64,000 nucleotides of DNA, taken from an uncultured delta proteobacterium (lineage in GTDB: Bacteria > Myxococcota_A > Polyangia > Polyangiales > Polyangiaceae). Below, in pieces: positions 20,083 to 29,347 of the stretch. The position numbers and the translations under genes were made by a program. The first letter of the stretch is position 1. The number at the start of each line of letters is the position of its first letter. The stretch is taken from positions 416,001 to 480,000 of the forward strand of contig CAWJCS010000002.1 of NCBI GenBank assembly GCA_963841435.1. The letters are read 5' to 3'. The notes below the pieces were generated by a model. The model saw only the letters and a program-made list of their open reading frames with translations, was not told the DNA's origin and ran no database searches.

Positions 20083-20467
20083 GGGGATCCTCATCGTCGA
20101 CGACAACGCGGTGAACCTCAAGCTGCTCCGGATCACGCTGACCGTCGCGGGCTACGAAGTACGCACGGCCATCGATGCCGACCAGGCGACTGCCGTTCTC
20201 GCCACGTTTCGCCCGCGCCTGATTCTCATGGACATCCAGCTACCGGGCATGGATGGCCTCGAGCTAACGCGACGGCTCAAGGCAGAGCCCTCGACCTGTG
20301 GCGCCATCGTCCTCGCCGTCACCGCTTACGCGATGAAGGGGGATGAAGAGCGCGCGCTCGCGGCAGGTTGCGATGGATACGTGACGAAGCCCATCGATAC
20401 GCGAACGCTGGCCACCACGGTCGCCCAGCATCTCCAGCAGGACCGCAACCGAAAGGCGTGTCCATGA
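20072..20467 (+). CDS. Single-domain response regulator (DivK/CheY-like)
   Basis: ILIVDDN, LILMDIQLPGMDG, AVTAYAMKGDEERALAAGCDGYVTKPI. Confidence 0.95.
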   Translation: MAGEGILIVDDNAVNLKLLRITLTVAGYEVRTAIDADQATAVLATFRPRLILMDIQLPGMDGLELTRRLKAEPSTCGAIVLAVTAYAMKGDEERALAAGCDGYVTKPIDTRTLATTVAQHLQQDRNRKACP

Positions 20468-23400
20468 CTGCTCGCGTCGTCCTGGTGATCGAGGACAATC
20501 CGGTCTCGCGGAAGCTCGTGCGCCTGACCCTTGGCAGCGAGGGTTACACGGTCATCGAAGCCACCGAAGGCGTCGAAGCGCTGGCCATGGCCGTGAAAAC
20601 GGTGCCCGATTTGATCCTGCAGGATCTTCTCCTGCCTGACATGGATGGGTTCGAGCTCGTGGACCGTCTGCGCGCGCTGCCCGAGCTCGTCGGCGTCCCA
20701 ATCATCGCCTTCTCCGGTTTCCTCTCCCGCCTGGAATACGGGCGAGCCGCGGCCGCGGGCTTTACCGACTTCGTACCAAAGCCCGTCGAGCCCTCGCACC
20801 TGGTTCAGGTCGTCCGGGCCCACCTGCCCCCTGAACCAGCAATGCCGGCCGAGACCAGGCCAGGGCGGCGCGCTCTCGTCGTGGATGACGACCCGGTACA
20901 ATTGAAGCTCACCAAGCTTCGACTCACGGCCCTGGGATGGGAGGTTGCTACGGCTCGGGACGGCGTAGAGGCACTCGACGTGCTCAAGCTTGGCGGCATA
21001 GGGGTGGTCATTAGCGACGTCCTGATGCCGCATCTGGATGGATTTGGCCTTTCGGTGGCGATTCGACGAGACCCGCGACTCTCGCGCCTACCCATCATTC
21101 TGGTGTCCTCCAATTATGTCGAAGAGGCCGATCGACAGCTCGCACGCACCATGGGAGCGAACGCCTTCGTCGTTCGAACGCCGGACCTTGCGGGCGTGAT
21201 TCAGGCCGCGGATGCCGCCATCGCGACCCCCGTGGATGCCTTGGTCCCCTCCGTTCATCCCGACCCCGGCGAGCATCAGCAGCGAGTCTTGTGTCAGCTC
21301 GATCGGCAGGCCGCGATGAACGCCGCCCTTGCGCACCGCTCCTCGATGCATGCCTCGATGCTCTCGGTCGTCGCCGGCATTTGCGAGACGTTGACGATCC
21401 ATCAATCGGTCGAGCGCGTGTTGCCGGACATTCTTGCGAGCCTGCTCGACGCGAGCGGCGTTTCGAGAGGCGCCCTCTTCGTGAGGGATGGGCGCGTCCT
21501 CGCGCCCGGCGCTCCGGTGCTGGATGGAATCGCGCTGCGGGCTCACGTCGGCTTCGACGCCCCCGCGGCGGACGACCTCACCAGGTTTTTCGCGCACCGC
21601 GAGATCTTTCAGCGCGCCGTCGTCACGAAGTCCCCCATCATCGTGGGTGCAGTAGACGAGGGCTCGGCTGGGCGCGATCTCCTCGCGCGCGCCGGGGTAG
21701 AGTCTGTCTTGCTCGTGCCATTCATCGCGGACCAGGAGTGCTTGGGGATTTTTCTCCTCGCCTCCAAGACGCGTGATCTCACCGAAGGGGACTGGCTCCC
21801 GTTCGGCCGCACCGTGGCGGTCCAGATCGGACAGGCACTTGCCCTGAGCCGCTCGTTCGCCAAGCTCGCGGCTTCCGAGAGCCGCTACCGCCTCCTCGTG
21901 GAGAGTGCCAACGATGGGATCTTCACCCTGGATGCGAAAGGGACCTTCCTCGATCTGAACCCCGCGATGGAGCGTTTCCTCGGACGGCCCAGGTCCGAGG
22001 TCATCGGTGCAACGACCTCGGTATTCGTGGCTCCGGATGACCGCGATCGAGCAAAGCGCGAATCCGAGCTCCTGCAGGAGCGGGGTAGCTTTCAGGCGGA
22101 GGCGCGACGTTTTACTCGGCCAGACGGAAGCGTGGTGTTGGGCGACGTCTCGTCGAACGTCGCGGACCGCGTCAACGGCATCGAGCTGTGCATCCTTCGC
22201 GATGTCACGGAGAAAGACCGAGTAGAACGGGAGACTCGCATGCTCCAAAGCCTCGCTCTGGCGGCGAGTGAGGCGCCCAACGCCTCGTCGGCGTTCGAGG
22301 TCGTCCTTCGGAGCGTCTGCGAGACGAACGGTTGGACGGTCGGGGCCGCCTGGCTTCCGCAACCGGAGAAGGGATTTTTGGAGTGCGCGACGCTCTGGAC
22401 GCGTGAGCCCGCCGCGCGTGCTCGGTTCCAGCCGCTTGGAGAGCGCGCCTTTGCGCTCGGCGAAGGGGTCCTCGGCCGAGCGTGGGCGTCGCGTACGCCG
22501 CTGTGGGTCGCCGACCTTGCCATGGAGGCGGGTTGCGCGCGAAGTGCAACCGCGGCAGCCCTCGGGGTGCATGCCGCTCTCGTCGTCCCCGTGGTCGTCA
22601 AAGACGACGTGATCGCGGTCGTCGAGTTCTTCATGGATCACGTGTGCGTCGAGGAGGAAGGGCTTGCCCGCATCGCGTCGGAAAGCTGCGCGCAACTGGG
22701 GGCAATCATCACGCGCAAGCGCGCCGAGGACGCGCTCCGAGCGAGCGAAGCTCGATTTGCGCGCCTGGCCGACTCGGGGATCATCGGAATTGCCATTGCA
22801 AACGTCCGGGGCAACATCCACGAGGCGAACGCCGCTCTGCTCGCCATGGTCGGATTCACGCGGGAGGAGCTTGCCGCCGGCGCGGTACGGTGGTCGGCCC
22901 TCACGCCCCCCGAGTTCAAGGGCGCGAACGACGCGGCGGTCGACCAGCTCCAGAAACACGGCGTGGCTCCTCCGTACGAAACGGAAATCTTTCGCAGGGA
23001 CGGGAGCCGGCTGTCCATCCTTTGCGGCCTGGCAATGCTGGAATACCCCAACGTCATCGCCACATGGACGGACATCTCGGAGCGCAAGCGCGCGGAGAAC
23101 TTGCTCCTCGCACACGCTCGGGTCGCCGCTCTCGGCGGGGAAGTTGGGATTGCTCTCAACAAGCGCCAGGCGCTTCGCGAAGCCCTCCAGCAATGCTGTG
23201 AATCCGTCGTACTGCGCCTGGATGCAGCGTTCGCGCGCATTTGGACGCTCGATTCCGCGAGGAAGGTCCTGGAGCTACAGGCGAGTGCGGGGATGTACAC
23301 GCATATCGACGGACCCCACGCGCTCGTTCCCGTGGGAAGCTTCGAGATCGGCCGCATCGCGGAATCAGGCGAGCCGCACCACTCGAACAACGTCCTCAAC

Positions 23401-24810
23401 GAGCCTTGGCTGGGGGATTGCGACTGGGCGCGCCGCGAAGGGATGCGGTCCTTCGCGGGCTATCCTCTTCTTGCCGGGGGTCAGGTGGTGGCTGTCATCG
23501 CGATGTTCGGTCGTGAACCGTTGACGGACATCGCGCTCGACGGCTTCTCTTCGATTGCGGACGCAATTGGCCTCCACATCCAGGGCGCGGCCGTCGCGGC
23601 GTCCAACCGGTCGTTGGAGAATCAGCTTCGCCAGGCTCAGAAGATGGAAGCCGTTGGGCGGCTCGCGGGTGGCGTTGCGCACGACTTCAACAATTTGCTC
23701 TCCGTCATCTTGAGCTACAGCGAGATGGTCTCCCGTGAGCTCAAAGCCGGTGACCCCATGCGCGACGACGTGGACGAGATTCGCACGGCCGGAACCCGCG
23801 CCGCGGAGCTCACTCGGCAGCTCCTCACGTTCAGCCGCCAGCAAGTGATTGAGCCGAAGGTACTGGACATCAGAACGGTGCTCAGCAGCATGGAAAAAAT
23901 GCTGCAACGCATTCTCGGCGAAGACGTCGATCTGGTTTCCCGCTCGAACCCAGCACTGTGGCGGGTGAAGATGGATCCGAGCAGTCTCGAGCAGGTCATC
24001 ATGAACCTCGTCGTGAATGCCCGCGACGCCATGCCCACCGGCGGCAAGCTCACGATCGAGGCAAGCAACGTCAACCTCGACGAGACCTTCGTACGGGAGC
24101 ATGTCGGTGCGACGCCCGGGCCTCACGTGATGCTCGCGGTGAGCGACAACGGCATGGGGATGGACAGGGAGACCCAGGCTCACATCTTCGAGCCATTCTT
24201 CACGACGAAGGACAAGGACAAGGGCACGGGGCTAGGGTTGTCAACCGTCTATGGGATCATTCTGCAAAGCGGCGGCATCGTCTCCGTTTACAGCGAGCCC
24301 GGCAGAGGGACGAGCTTCAAGGTGTATCTGCCGCGGGTCAACGGCGTGCTCGACACGGCCCGAGCTCAAGATGCCCACGGGAGCCTGCGTGGAACGGAGA
24401 CGATTTTGCTCGTCGAGGACGAGGACCAGGTTCGGCTCGTCGCCAGCACAATCCTAAGAAAGCAGGGTTACCGGATTTTCGAGGCTCGTCACGCCGGCGA
24501 GGCACTCCTGCTTTGCGAAGGGCAATCTGACGAGATCCACCTTCTGCTCACCGACGTGGTCATGCCGCGCATGAGTGGTCCCGAGCTGGCGAAGCGGCTC
24601 GTGCAGATCCGGCCACGGATGAGGGTACTCTGCATGTCGGGATATACCGACGACAGCATCGTGCGCCACGGCGTCCTGCAAGCCGACATCGCGTATCTTC
24701 AAAAGCCGATCACGCCGCAGACCTTGGCGAAGAAAGTACGGGAGGTGCTGGACGCGCCGCCCGGCGTACAGCGCACCAACGGGGCAGAGCAAGCGAGCAA
24801 GCGTGACTGA
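20464..24810 (+). CDS. Soluble hybrid histidine kinase: REC-REC-GAF-PAS-GAF-PAS-GAF-HisKA-HATPase-REC
   Basis: CckA-type H-box QKMEAVGRLAGGVAHDFNNLL; NARDAM, FEPFFTTK, GTGLGL; C-terminal LLLTDVVMP receiver; ATGA overlap with the upstream regulator. Confidence 0.96.
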   Translation: MTARVVLVIEDNPVSRKLVRLTLGSEGYTVIEATEGVEALAMAVKTVPDLILQDLLLPDMDGFELVDRLRALPELVGVPIIAFSGFLSRLEYGRAAAAGFTDFVPKPVEPSHLVQVVRAHLPPEPAMPAETRPGRRALVVDDDPVQLKLTKLRLTALGWEVATARDGVEALDVLKLGGIGVVISDVLMPHLDGFGLSVAIRRDPRLSRLPIILVSSNYVEEADRQLARTMGANAFVVRTPDLAGVIQAADAAIATPVDALVPSVHPDPGEHQQRVLCQLDRQAAMNAALAHRSSMHASMLSVVAGICETLTIHQSVERVLPDILASLLDASGVSRGALFVRDGRVLAPGAPVLDGIALRAHVGFDAPAADDLTRFFAHREIFQRAVVTKSPIIVGAVDEGSAGRDLLARAGVESVLLVPFIADQECLGIFLLASKTRDLTEGDWLPFGRTVAVQIGQALALSRSFAKLAASESRYRLLVESANDGIFTLDAKGTFLDLNPAMERFLGRPRSEVIGATTSVFVAPDDRDRAKRESELLQERGSFQAEARRFTRPDGSVVLGDVSSNVADRVNGIELCILRDVTEKDRVERETRMLQSLALAASEAPNASSAFEVVLRSVCETNGWTVGAAWLPQPEKGFLECATLWTREPAARARFQPLGERAFALGEGVLGRAWASRTPLWVADLAMEAGCARSATAAALGVHAALVVPVVVKDDVIAVVEFFMDHVCVEEEGLARIASESCAQLGAIITRKRAEDALRASEARFARLADSGIIGIAIANVRGNIHEANAALLAMVGFTREELAAGAVRWSALTPPEFKGANDAAVDQLQKHGVAPPYETEIFRRDGSRLSILCGLAMLEYPNVIATWTDISERKRAENLLLAHARVAALGGEVGIALNKRQALREALQQCCESVVLRLDAAFARIWTLDSARKVLELQASAGMYTHIDGPHALVPVGSFEIGRIAESGEPHHSNNVLNEPWLGDCDWARREGMRSFAGYPLLAGGQVVAVIAMFGREPLTDIALDGFSSIADAIGLHIQGAAVAASNRSLENQLRQAQKMEAVGRLAGGVAHDFNNLLSVILSYSEMVSRELKAGDPMRDDVDEIRTAGTRAAELTRQLLTFSRQQVIEPKVLDIRTVLSSMEKMLQRILGEDVDLVSRSNPALWRVKMDPSSLEQVIMNLVVNARDAMPTGGKLTIEASNVNLDETFVREHVGATPGPHVMLAVSDNGMGMDRETQAHIFEPFFTTKDKDKGTGLGLSTVYGIILQSGGIVSVYSEPGRGTSFKVYLPRVNGVLDTARAQDAHGSLRGTETILLVEDEDQVRLVASTILRKQGYRIFEARHAGEALLLCEGQSDEIHLLLTDVVMPRMSGPELAKRLVQIRPRMRVLCMSGYTDDSIVRHGVLQADIAYLQKPITPQTLAKKVREVLDAPPGVQRTNGAEQASKRD

Positions 24811-24894
24811 CCGCCCGACCGAGCATCGACCCGGTCGCGAGGTGCCGTCCCTGCCCGGGACTGAGGCGTGAGCCGCACCAATTGTAGGCAGCGC

Positions 24895-25353
24895 CTAGCC
24901 GACGTGTGGCACGGCGGCTGCGGTGGCTCCGCCTTGCTGCGCTCGCAGGCTCACCAGTAGCGACTCGACCTCTCGACTCATCGGATGGCCAAGATACGAC
25001 AAGCCCTCGTTGACCTGCTGTAGGCCCAAGACCTTGGTGTTCTTGACGAACCAACCGAACACCTTGGCGATGGGCAGGATTCGCTTGTCCGACAGTAAGA
25101 TCGCCATGCGCAATTTGTCCGAGCTGATCTCGCGCGTGATCAGAGCACGCTGCGAAGCGCTCGGTGCTTTGGGACCGGCCAGAACCAAAACCTCGACGCC
25201 GCCATGCTCGTCCGCGACGGTCTTCACCCAGCGCAAGTAGGCGACCCATTCATCGTCAGCAGGTGGCAGGGTACCCACACTGACGAACACCACCAGGCGC
25301 TCGACATTGCCGTACGCTATGGTTCGGCCTACGACCTGGATGCTCGAGCTCAT
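24895..25353 (-). CDS. Small STAS/SEC14 (SpoIIAA-like) domain protein
   Basis: AGGAG RBS then MSSSIQVV; PADDEWVAYL...VLVLAGPKAPSASQR...MAILL...FGWF...EGLSYLG. Confidence 0.7.
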   Translation of the reverse strand: MSSSIQVVGRTIAYGNVERLVVFVSVGTLPPADDEWVAYLRWVKTVADEHGGVEVLVLAGPKAPSASQRALITREISSDKLRMAILLSDKRILPIAKVFGWFVKNTKVLGLQQVNEGLSYLGHPMSREVESLLVSLRAQQGGATAAAVPHVG

Positions 25354-25510
25354 CTCATCTCCTACGGCCACCTGCCGCACCCCAGAATGGCCTTCCCGCG
25401 CCATGCCGCAACGCAAATCGCTCTGAACCCCTATGGCGTGCCGATTTTGTGGCAGCGCACGCTTCCTCCCGGACATCGGAGTCACCCGGGGCTACACTCG
25501 GGTGAGGCTC

Positions 25511-25969
25511 ATGCCCGAAGTGACATCGACGGAGATTCTGGGCGAAACCTTGTCGTGCTGTTACGACGGCGGTTTGGTCATTGTGGCCCACGCCATCAAC
25601 GTTCCACCGTCTGACGTCGAATGGGAGGCGTATGTGAGGTGGGCCGCGGCGCTGTGTCGAGTGCACGGCAAGCTCAAGGTGCTCGTGTTGCCCGGCAACC
25701 ACTCGCCCAGCTCCCGGCAGCGCAGCCTGTACAATAGCGAGATTGGAGCCGACTCAGTCGAGATAGCTGTTCTGATTCGACAACCCGGTATGTTGCCAAT
25801 CATCAAGATTTTTGCCTGGTTCATTCGCAGCATCAAGGCGTTTGGCAGGGACGACCTGCCGGGGGCTCTCGACTACTTGGGTATCACGGCACACCCGGAA
25901 CGCTTGAAACGAATCCGCAGTTTTGCCGCGTCATACTTCGCAGACGAGGAACGCCGGGCGGCGAAGTAG
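25511..25969 (+). CDS. Small STAS/SEC14-like protein, paralog of the divergent neighbour
   Basis: PSDVEWEAYV...VLVLPGNHSPSSRQR...IAVLI...FAWF...GALDYLG. Confidence 0.7.
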   Translation: MPEVTSTEILGETLSCCYDGGLVIVAHAINVPPSDVEWEAYVRWAAALCRVHGKLKVLVLPGNHSPSSRQRSLYNSEIGADSVEIAVLIRQPGMLPIIKIFAWFIRSIKAFGRDDLPGALDYLGITAHPERLKRIRSFAASYFADEERRAAK

Positions 25970-26250
25970 TCCGTACGAGCCCAAGCATGGTGCGCACGCG
26001 CACGAACAAGCCCGCCATCACGGGCGCCAAGATGGCGAGGAACCCGATAGCGTAGAGCAAAAGGGGGGCGTTCGTTTTCAGGTGGAGCTCTGGCGCGCTG
26101 CGGGCGAGCGCCGGTTCGAGTCAACGTGTGGCAAAGGTGCTCGAACGCCTCGGCCCCTGAAACTCTCGCGTGCCCGACACGCAGTCCATCCGCACTGCGC
26201 GATCCGAAGATAGGTTAGCAATTCGTGGTCGCTCACGACAAACCCCGGAT

Positions 26251-28446
26251 ATGCCCATGCCGCGACGTTCACGAGAAGGTCACCAGGTGCGCAGCCGATC
26301 CCTACGAATTTCGTCCCACTCGCTCGCAATGGTTGCCCTCGTTCTGTGCGCGTGTGCGACCGACAGCGGTGAGCGCGGTGGCAGGTCGAGTGGTGGCATG
26401 GGCGCCACCACTGGGGGATCCGCAACGGGGGCCGTTGGCGGCACTTACGCGGGAACGGGAAACGCTGGCGGGGAAACCGGCGGCACGAGTGGTGTGTCCG
26501 CTGCCGGCACTGGCGGAGGGGGCCTGGTTGGCACCGGCGGGATATCTGCGGGCGGCAGCGGCGTGGGTGGTCTTGCAACGGGAGGGGTGTCTCCGACCGG
26601 GGGGGGCGGGACCGCCACCGGTGGGGCAGGCTCTTTCAGCGGTGGTATGGGGGGCAATGGCGGCTCGTCTGGAGGGCCTGGACCGAACGGACCCATCTAC
26701 GTTGCTCCCGAGGGAAACGACTCCAATCCTGGAACCCTCGACCAGCCGCTCAAGACGCTGGGGCGGGCACGAGACCTCGTGCGAACGATGACCGCCACCA
26801 TGACCGACGACATCTTGGTCTATCTGCGCGGTGGCACGTATCCCTTGACGGATACCCTGACCTTCTCGAACGCCGACTCGGGCCACGCTGGGTTCTACGT
26901 GAAGTACATGGCCTACGAGGGCGAACGGCCGCTCATCACGGGGGGCCGGCCGATCACGGGCTTCACGGTCTTTGACGCTGCCAACAACATCTACTCGGCG
27001 ACCGGCGTCTCGACGCCCTTTCGCCAACTTTACGTCAACGGCGTCAAAGCCGTCCGCGCTCGCAGCCCGAACCTGGCTTCGAACGGGGGACCGAACTTCA
27101 CCAAGGCCACGGGCTGGGACTCGGCGGCGCACAATTTCCAGGTATCGACCTCGGACGTTTCGGACTGGAACAACCTCACGAAGGTCGAGATGCACCTGAT
27201 GGTCCTTTGGGCGGACAACATCATGCGCCTCGCATCGGTCACGAAATCGGGCAACACGGCGTACATCACCGTTCAGAGCCCCGAGGACGGAATGATCTTC
27301 GAGAGGCCGAACCCCGCTTTCTTTCCGTCTTCGCTACGCTTTTACTTCGAGAACGCCCTCGAGTTTCTGGACCAGCCCGGCGAATGGTACCTCGACGAGA
27401 CTACGAACGTTCTCTACTACAAACCCAGGGCGACTGAAGACATGGCGACGGCCACGGTCGTCGCCCCGATGGTCGAGACCCTGCTCAGCGTGAACGGCGC
27501 GAGCACCTCGGATCAAGCAGGTTACCTCTGGTTCGAGGGCTTGACGTTTGCGCATTCGACCTACATGCGCCCGAGTCAATACGGCTTTTTGGATGCACAA
27601 GCCGGCCAATACAATCTGACGGCGCCATCCAACAACGAGCAGACCGTCGGTAGGCCCGCCGCGGGCGTCGTCGTCACCAACGCCAATCACATTCATTTCG
27701 AGGGCAATCTGTTCACCCAGATGGCGGCTACCGGCCTCGACTTCATCTCGGGAACCCATGACGACATGGTCATCGGCAATGCGTTCACGGACATCGGTGG
27801 CAGCGGCATCTCGATCGGCAAATTCACGGTCGATGAAAAGACCGAATACCACGTTGCGTACAACCCGACGGACAAGAACGACATCTGCACCCGCGACACG
27901 ATCAGGAGCAACTACATCGATCACGTGACCACCGAGATCCAGGGGGCCACGGGAATAGCCGCCGGCTACCCCGCGTACATCGACATCGAGCACAACGAGG
28001 TGAGCCACGTCAACTACTCCGGGATCTCCGTCGGGTACGGCTGGACCGCCGCGACCAATGCCATGACGAACAACAAGATCAACTTCAACGACATCCACCA
28101 CGTGTGCGAGATCCTCGGTGATTGCGGCTCGATCTACACGTTGTCGAATCAAATGCCCGCCTCGGAAATGCTCAACAACTACTGCCATGACTTCGCGACG
28201 AGCGCCTGGGCCGACTACAGCATCAACAACCTCTACATGGACGAGCAGACAGACGGGTACACCGTCGCGCACAACGTTCTTTTGAACTCGCCGAACATCG
28301 TCCATCAGAACAAGAACGGCCCGAACATGATCCTGATGGACAACGGACCCAATCCCACCGGGGCGGCGGAGACCATGTCATCGGCCGGCATCGAGCCCGC
28401 CTACGCGGACATCAAGAACCTAACGGTTCCCGCCGCGCAGTTCTGA
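26251..28446 (+). CDS. Lipoprotein with right-handed beta-helix, GH141-like glycoside hydrolase
   Basis: LCAC lipobox, Gly-rich linker, IYVAPEGNDSNPGT...VYLRGGTY, FRQLYVNG, ENALEFLDQPGEWYLD, YSGISVGYGW, DCGSIYTL. Confidence 0.78.
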   Translation: MPMPRRSREGHQVRSRSLRISSHSLAMVALVLCACATDSGERGGRSSGGMGATTGGSATGAVGGTYAGTGNAGGETGGTSGVSAAGTGGGGLVGTGGISAGGSGVGGLATGGVSPTGGGGTATGGAGSFSGGMGGNGGSSGGPGPNGPIYVAPEGNDSNPGTLDQPLKTLGRARDLVRTMTATMTDDILVYLRGGTYPLTDTLTFSNADSGHAGFYVKYMAYEGERPLITGGRPITGFTVFDAANNIYSATGVSTPFRQLYVNGVKAVRARSPNLASNGGPNFTKATGWDSAAHNFQVSTSDVSDWNNLTKVEMHLMVLWADNIMRLASVTKSGNTAYITVQSPEDGMIFERPNPAFFPSSLRFYFENALEFLDQPGEWYLDETTNVLYYKPRATEDMATATVVAPMVETLLSVNGASTSDQAGYLWFEGLTFAHSTYMRPSQYGFLDAQAGQYNLTAPSNNEQTVGRPAAGVVVTNANHIHFEGNLFTQMAATGLDFISGTHDDMVIGNAFTDIGGSGISIGKFTVDEKTEYHVAYNPTDKNDICTRDTIRSNYIDHVTTEIQGATGIAAGYPAYIDIEHNEVSHVNYSGISVGYGWTAATNAMTNNKINFNDIHHVCEILGDCGSIYTLSNQMPASEMLNNYCHDFATSAWADYSINNLYMDEQTDGYTVAHNVLLNSPNIVHQNKNGPNMILMDNGPNPTGAAETMSSAGIEPAYADIKNLTVPAAQF

Positions 28447-28554
28447 CGCGCCGCCGTCAGGCCCCCTCGGCGTCGCAGCGTAGGTGTCCGTCCGCCCGAG
28501 CGCACCCTCTGACGGCGCCCCTGCGCGGGGCTGGGCGCGGCAGACTCGGCGGCG

Positions 28555-28890
28555 ATGGCACGCTGGACGGCGGACGAGGCAGGAGAGATTTTGTCGCGAT
28601 GGCGGGCGAGCGGGAAATCGGCTCGGTCGTACGGACGTGAGCACGGCATCGACCCGCAGCGGCTGCATTTCTGGCAGCGTCGGCTCGGAGCGGGGACGAA
28701 GCGCGGACGAAAGTCGGTTGACGGCGCGATCTCGCGTCTCGTTCCGGCCGTGGTGCGGATCGAGTCTGGCGCCAGGGCCGAGCACCCGGTCGTGGTGCGT
28801 CTGCCGGGTGGGGTGGCGGTCGAGCTGGATCCAGGGCGGGTGCCGCCGTCGTGGGTGGTGGCGCTCGTGGGCGAGCTGGTGAGGCAGTAG
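28555..28890 (+). CDS. tnpA: IS66 accessory protein TnpA (HTH)
   Basis: WRASGKSARSYGREHGI...LHFWQRRL; VVVRLPGGVAVEL. Confidence 0.88.
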   Translation: MARWTADEAGEILSRWRASGKSARSYGREHGIDPQRLHFWQRRLGAGTKRGRKSVDGAISRLVPAVVRIESGARAEHPVVVRLPGGVAVELDPGRVPPSWVVALVGELVRQ

Positions 28891-28894
28891 GCCC

Positions 28895-29275
28895 GTGTTG
28901 CTTCTGCCGCGCGCGGTGCGCGTATACGTGGGGACGGAGCCGGTGAACTTGAGGAAGTCATTCGACGGCTTGTCGAACGAGGTGCGCGAGGTGCTGCGGC
29001 GCGACCCGCTGAGCGGGCACGTCTTCGTGTTTCTGAACCGACGGCGCACGATGGTGAAGCTTTTGTTGTGGACTCGCGGCGGCTTCACGATTGTGCACAA
29101 GCGGCTCGAGCAGGGGCGTTTCACGTTTGCGAAGAGGATGACGAGCGAGGCGAAGAGCGTGGAGCTCGACGTGCACGAGCTCTCGATGCTGCTCGAGGGC
29201 ATCGACGCCCGGGTGGTGCACGCGCAGAAGCGCTGGGAGCCGCCGCTGCACGCTCGGGCATCTGCGTCCGGGTGA
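28895..29275 (+). CDS. tnpB: IS66 accessory protein TnpB
   Basis: PVNLRKSFDGL...DPLSGHVFVFLNRRRTMVKLLLW...KRLEQGRF. Confidence 0.95.
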   Translation: MLLLPRAVRVYVGTEPVNLRKSFDGLSNEVREVLRRDPLSGHVFVFLNRRRTMVKLLLWTRGGFTIVHKRLEQGRFTFAKRMTSEAKSVELDVHELSMLLEGIDARVVHAQKRWEPPLHARASASG

Positions 29276-29347
29276 CGCTACGTGATCCCACGTGACACCC
29301 TGCGATTGTGCTTGGCACTGGCGATCGCGATGAAATAGAAAGCGTGG

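Noticed and set aside
28472-28483. Alternative IS left end starting GTAG at 28480
   Set aside because: It gives mismatched termini and only a 6/8 target duplication; ends at 28484/31054 give a perfect 8-bp duplication
28895-29275. TnpB as an RNA-guided nuclease
   Set aside because: This is the 126-aa IS66 accessory TnpB, unrelated to IS200/IS605 TnpB; no RuvC motifs
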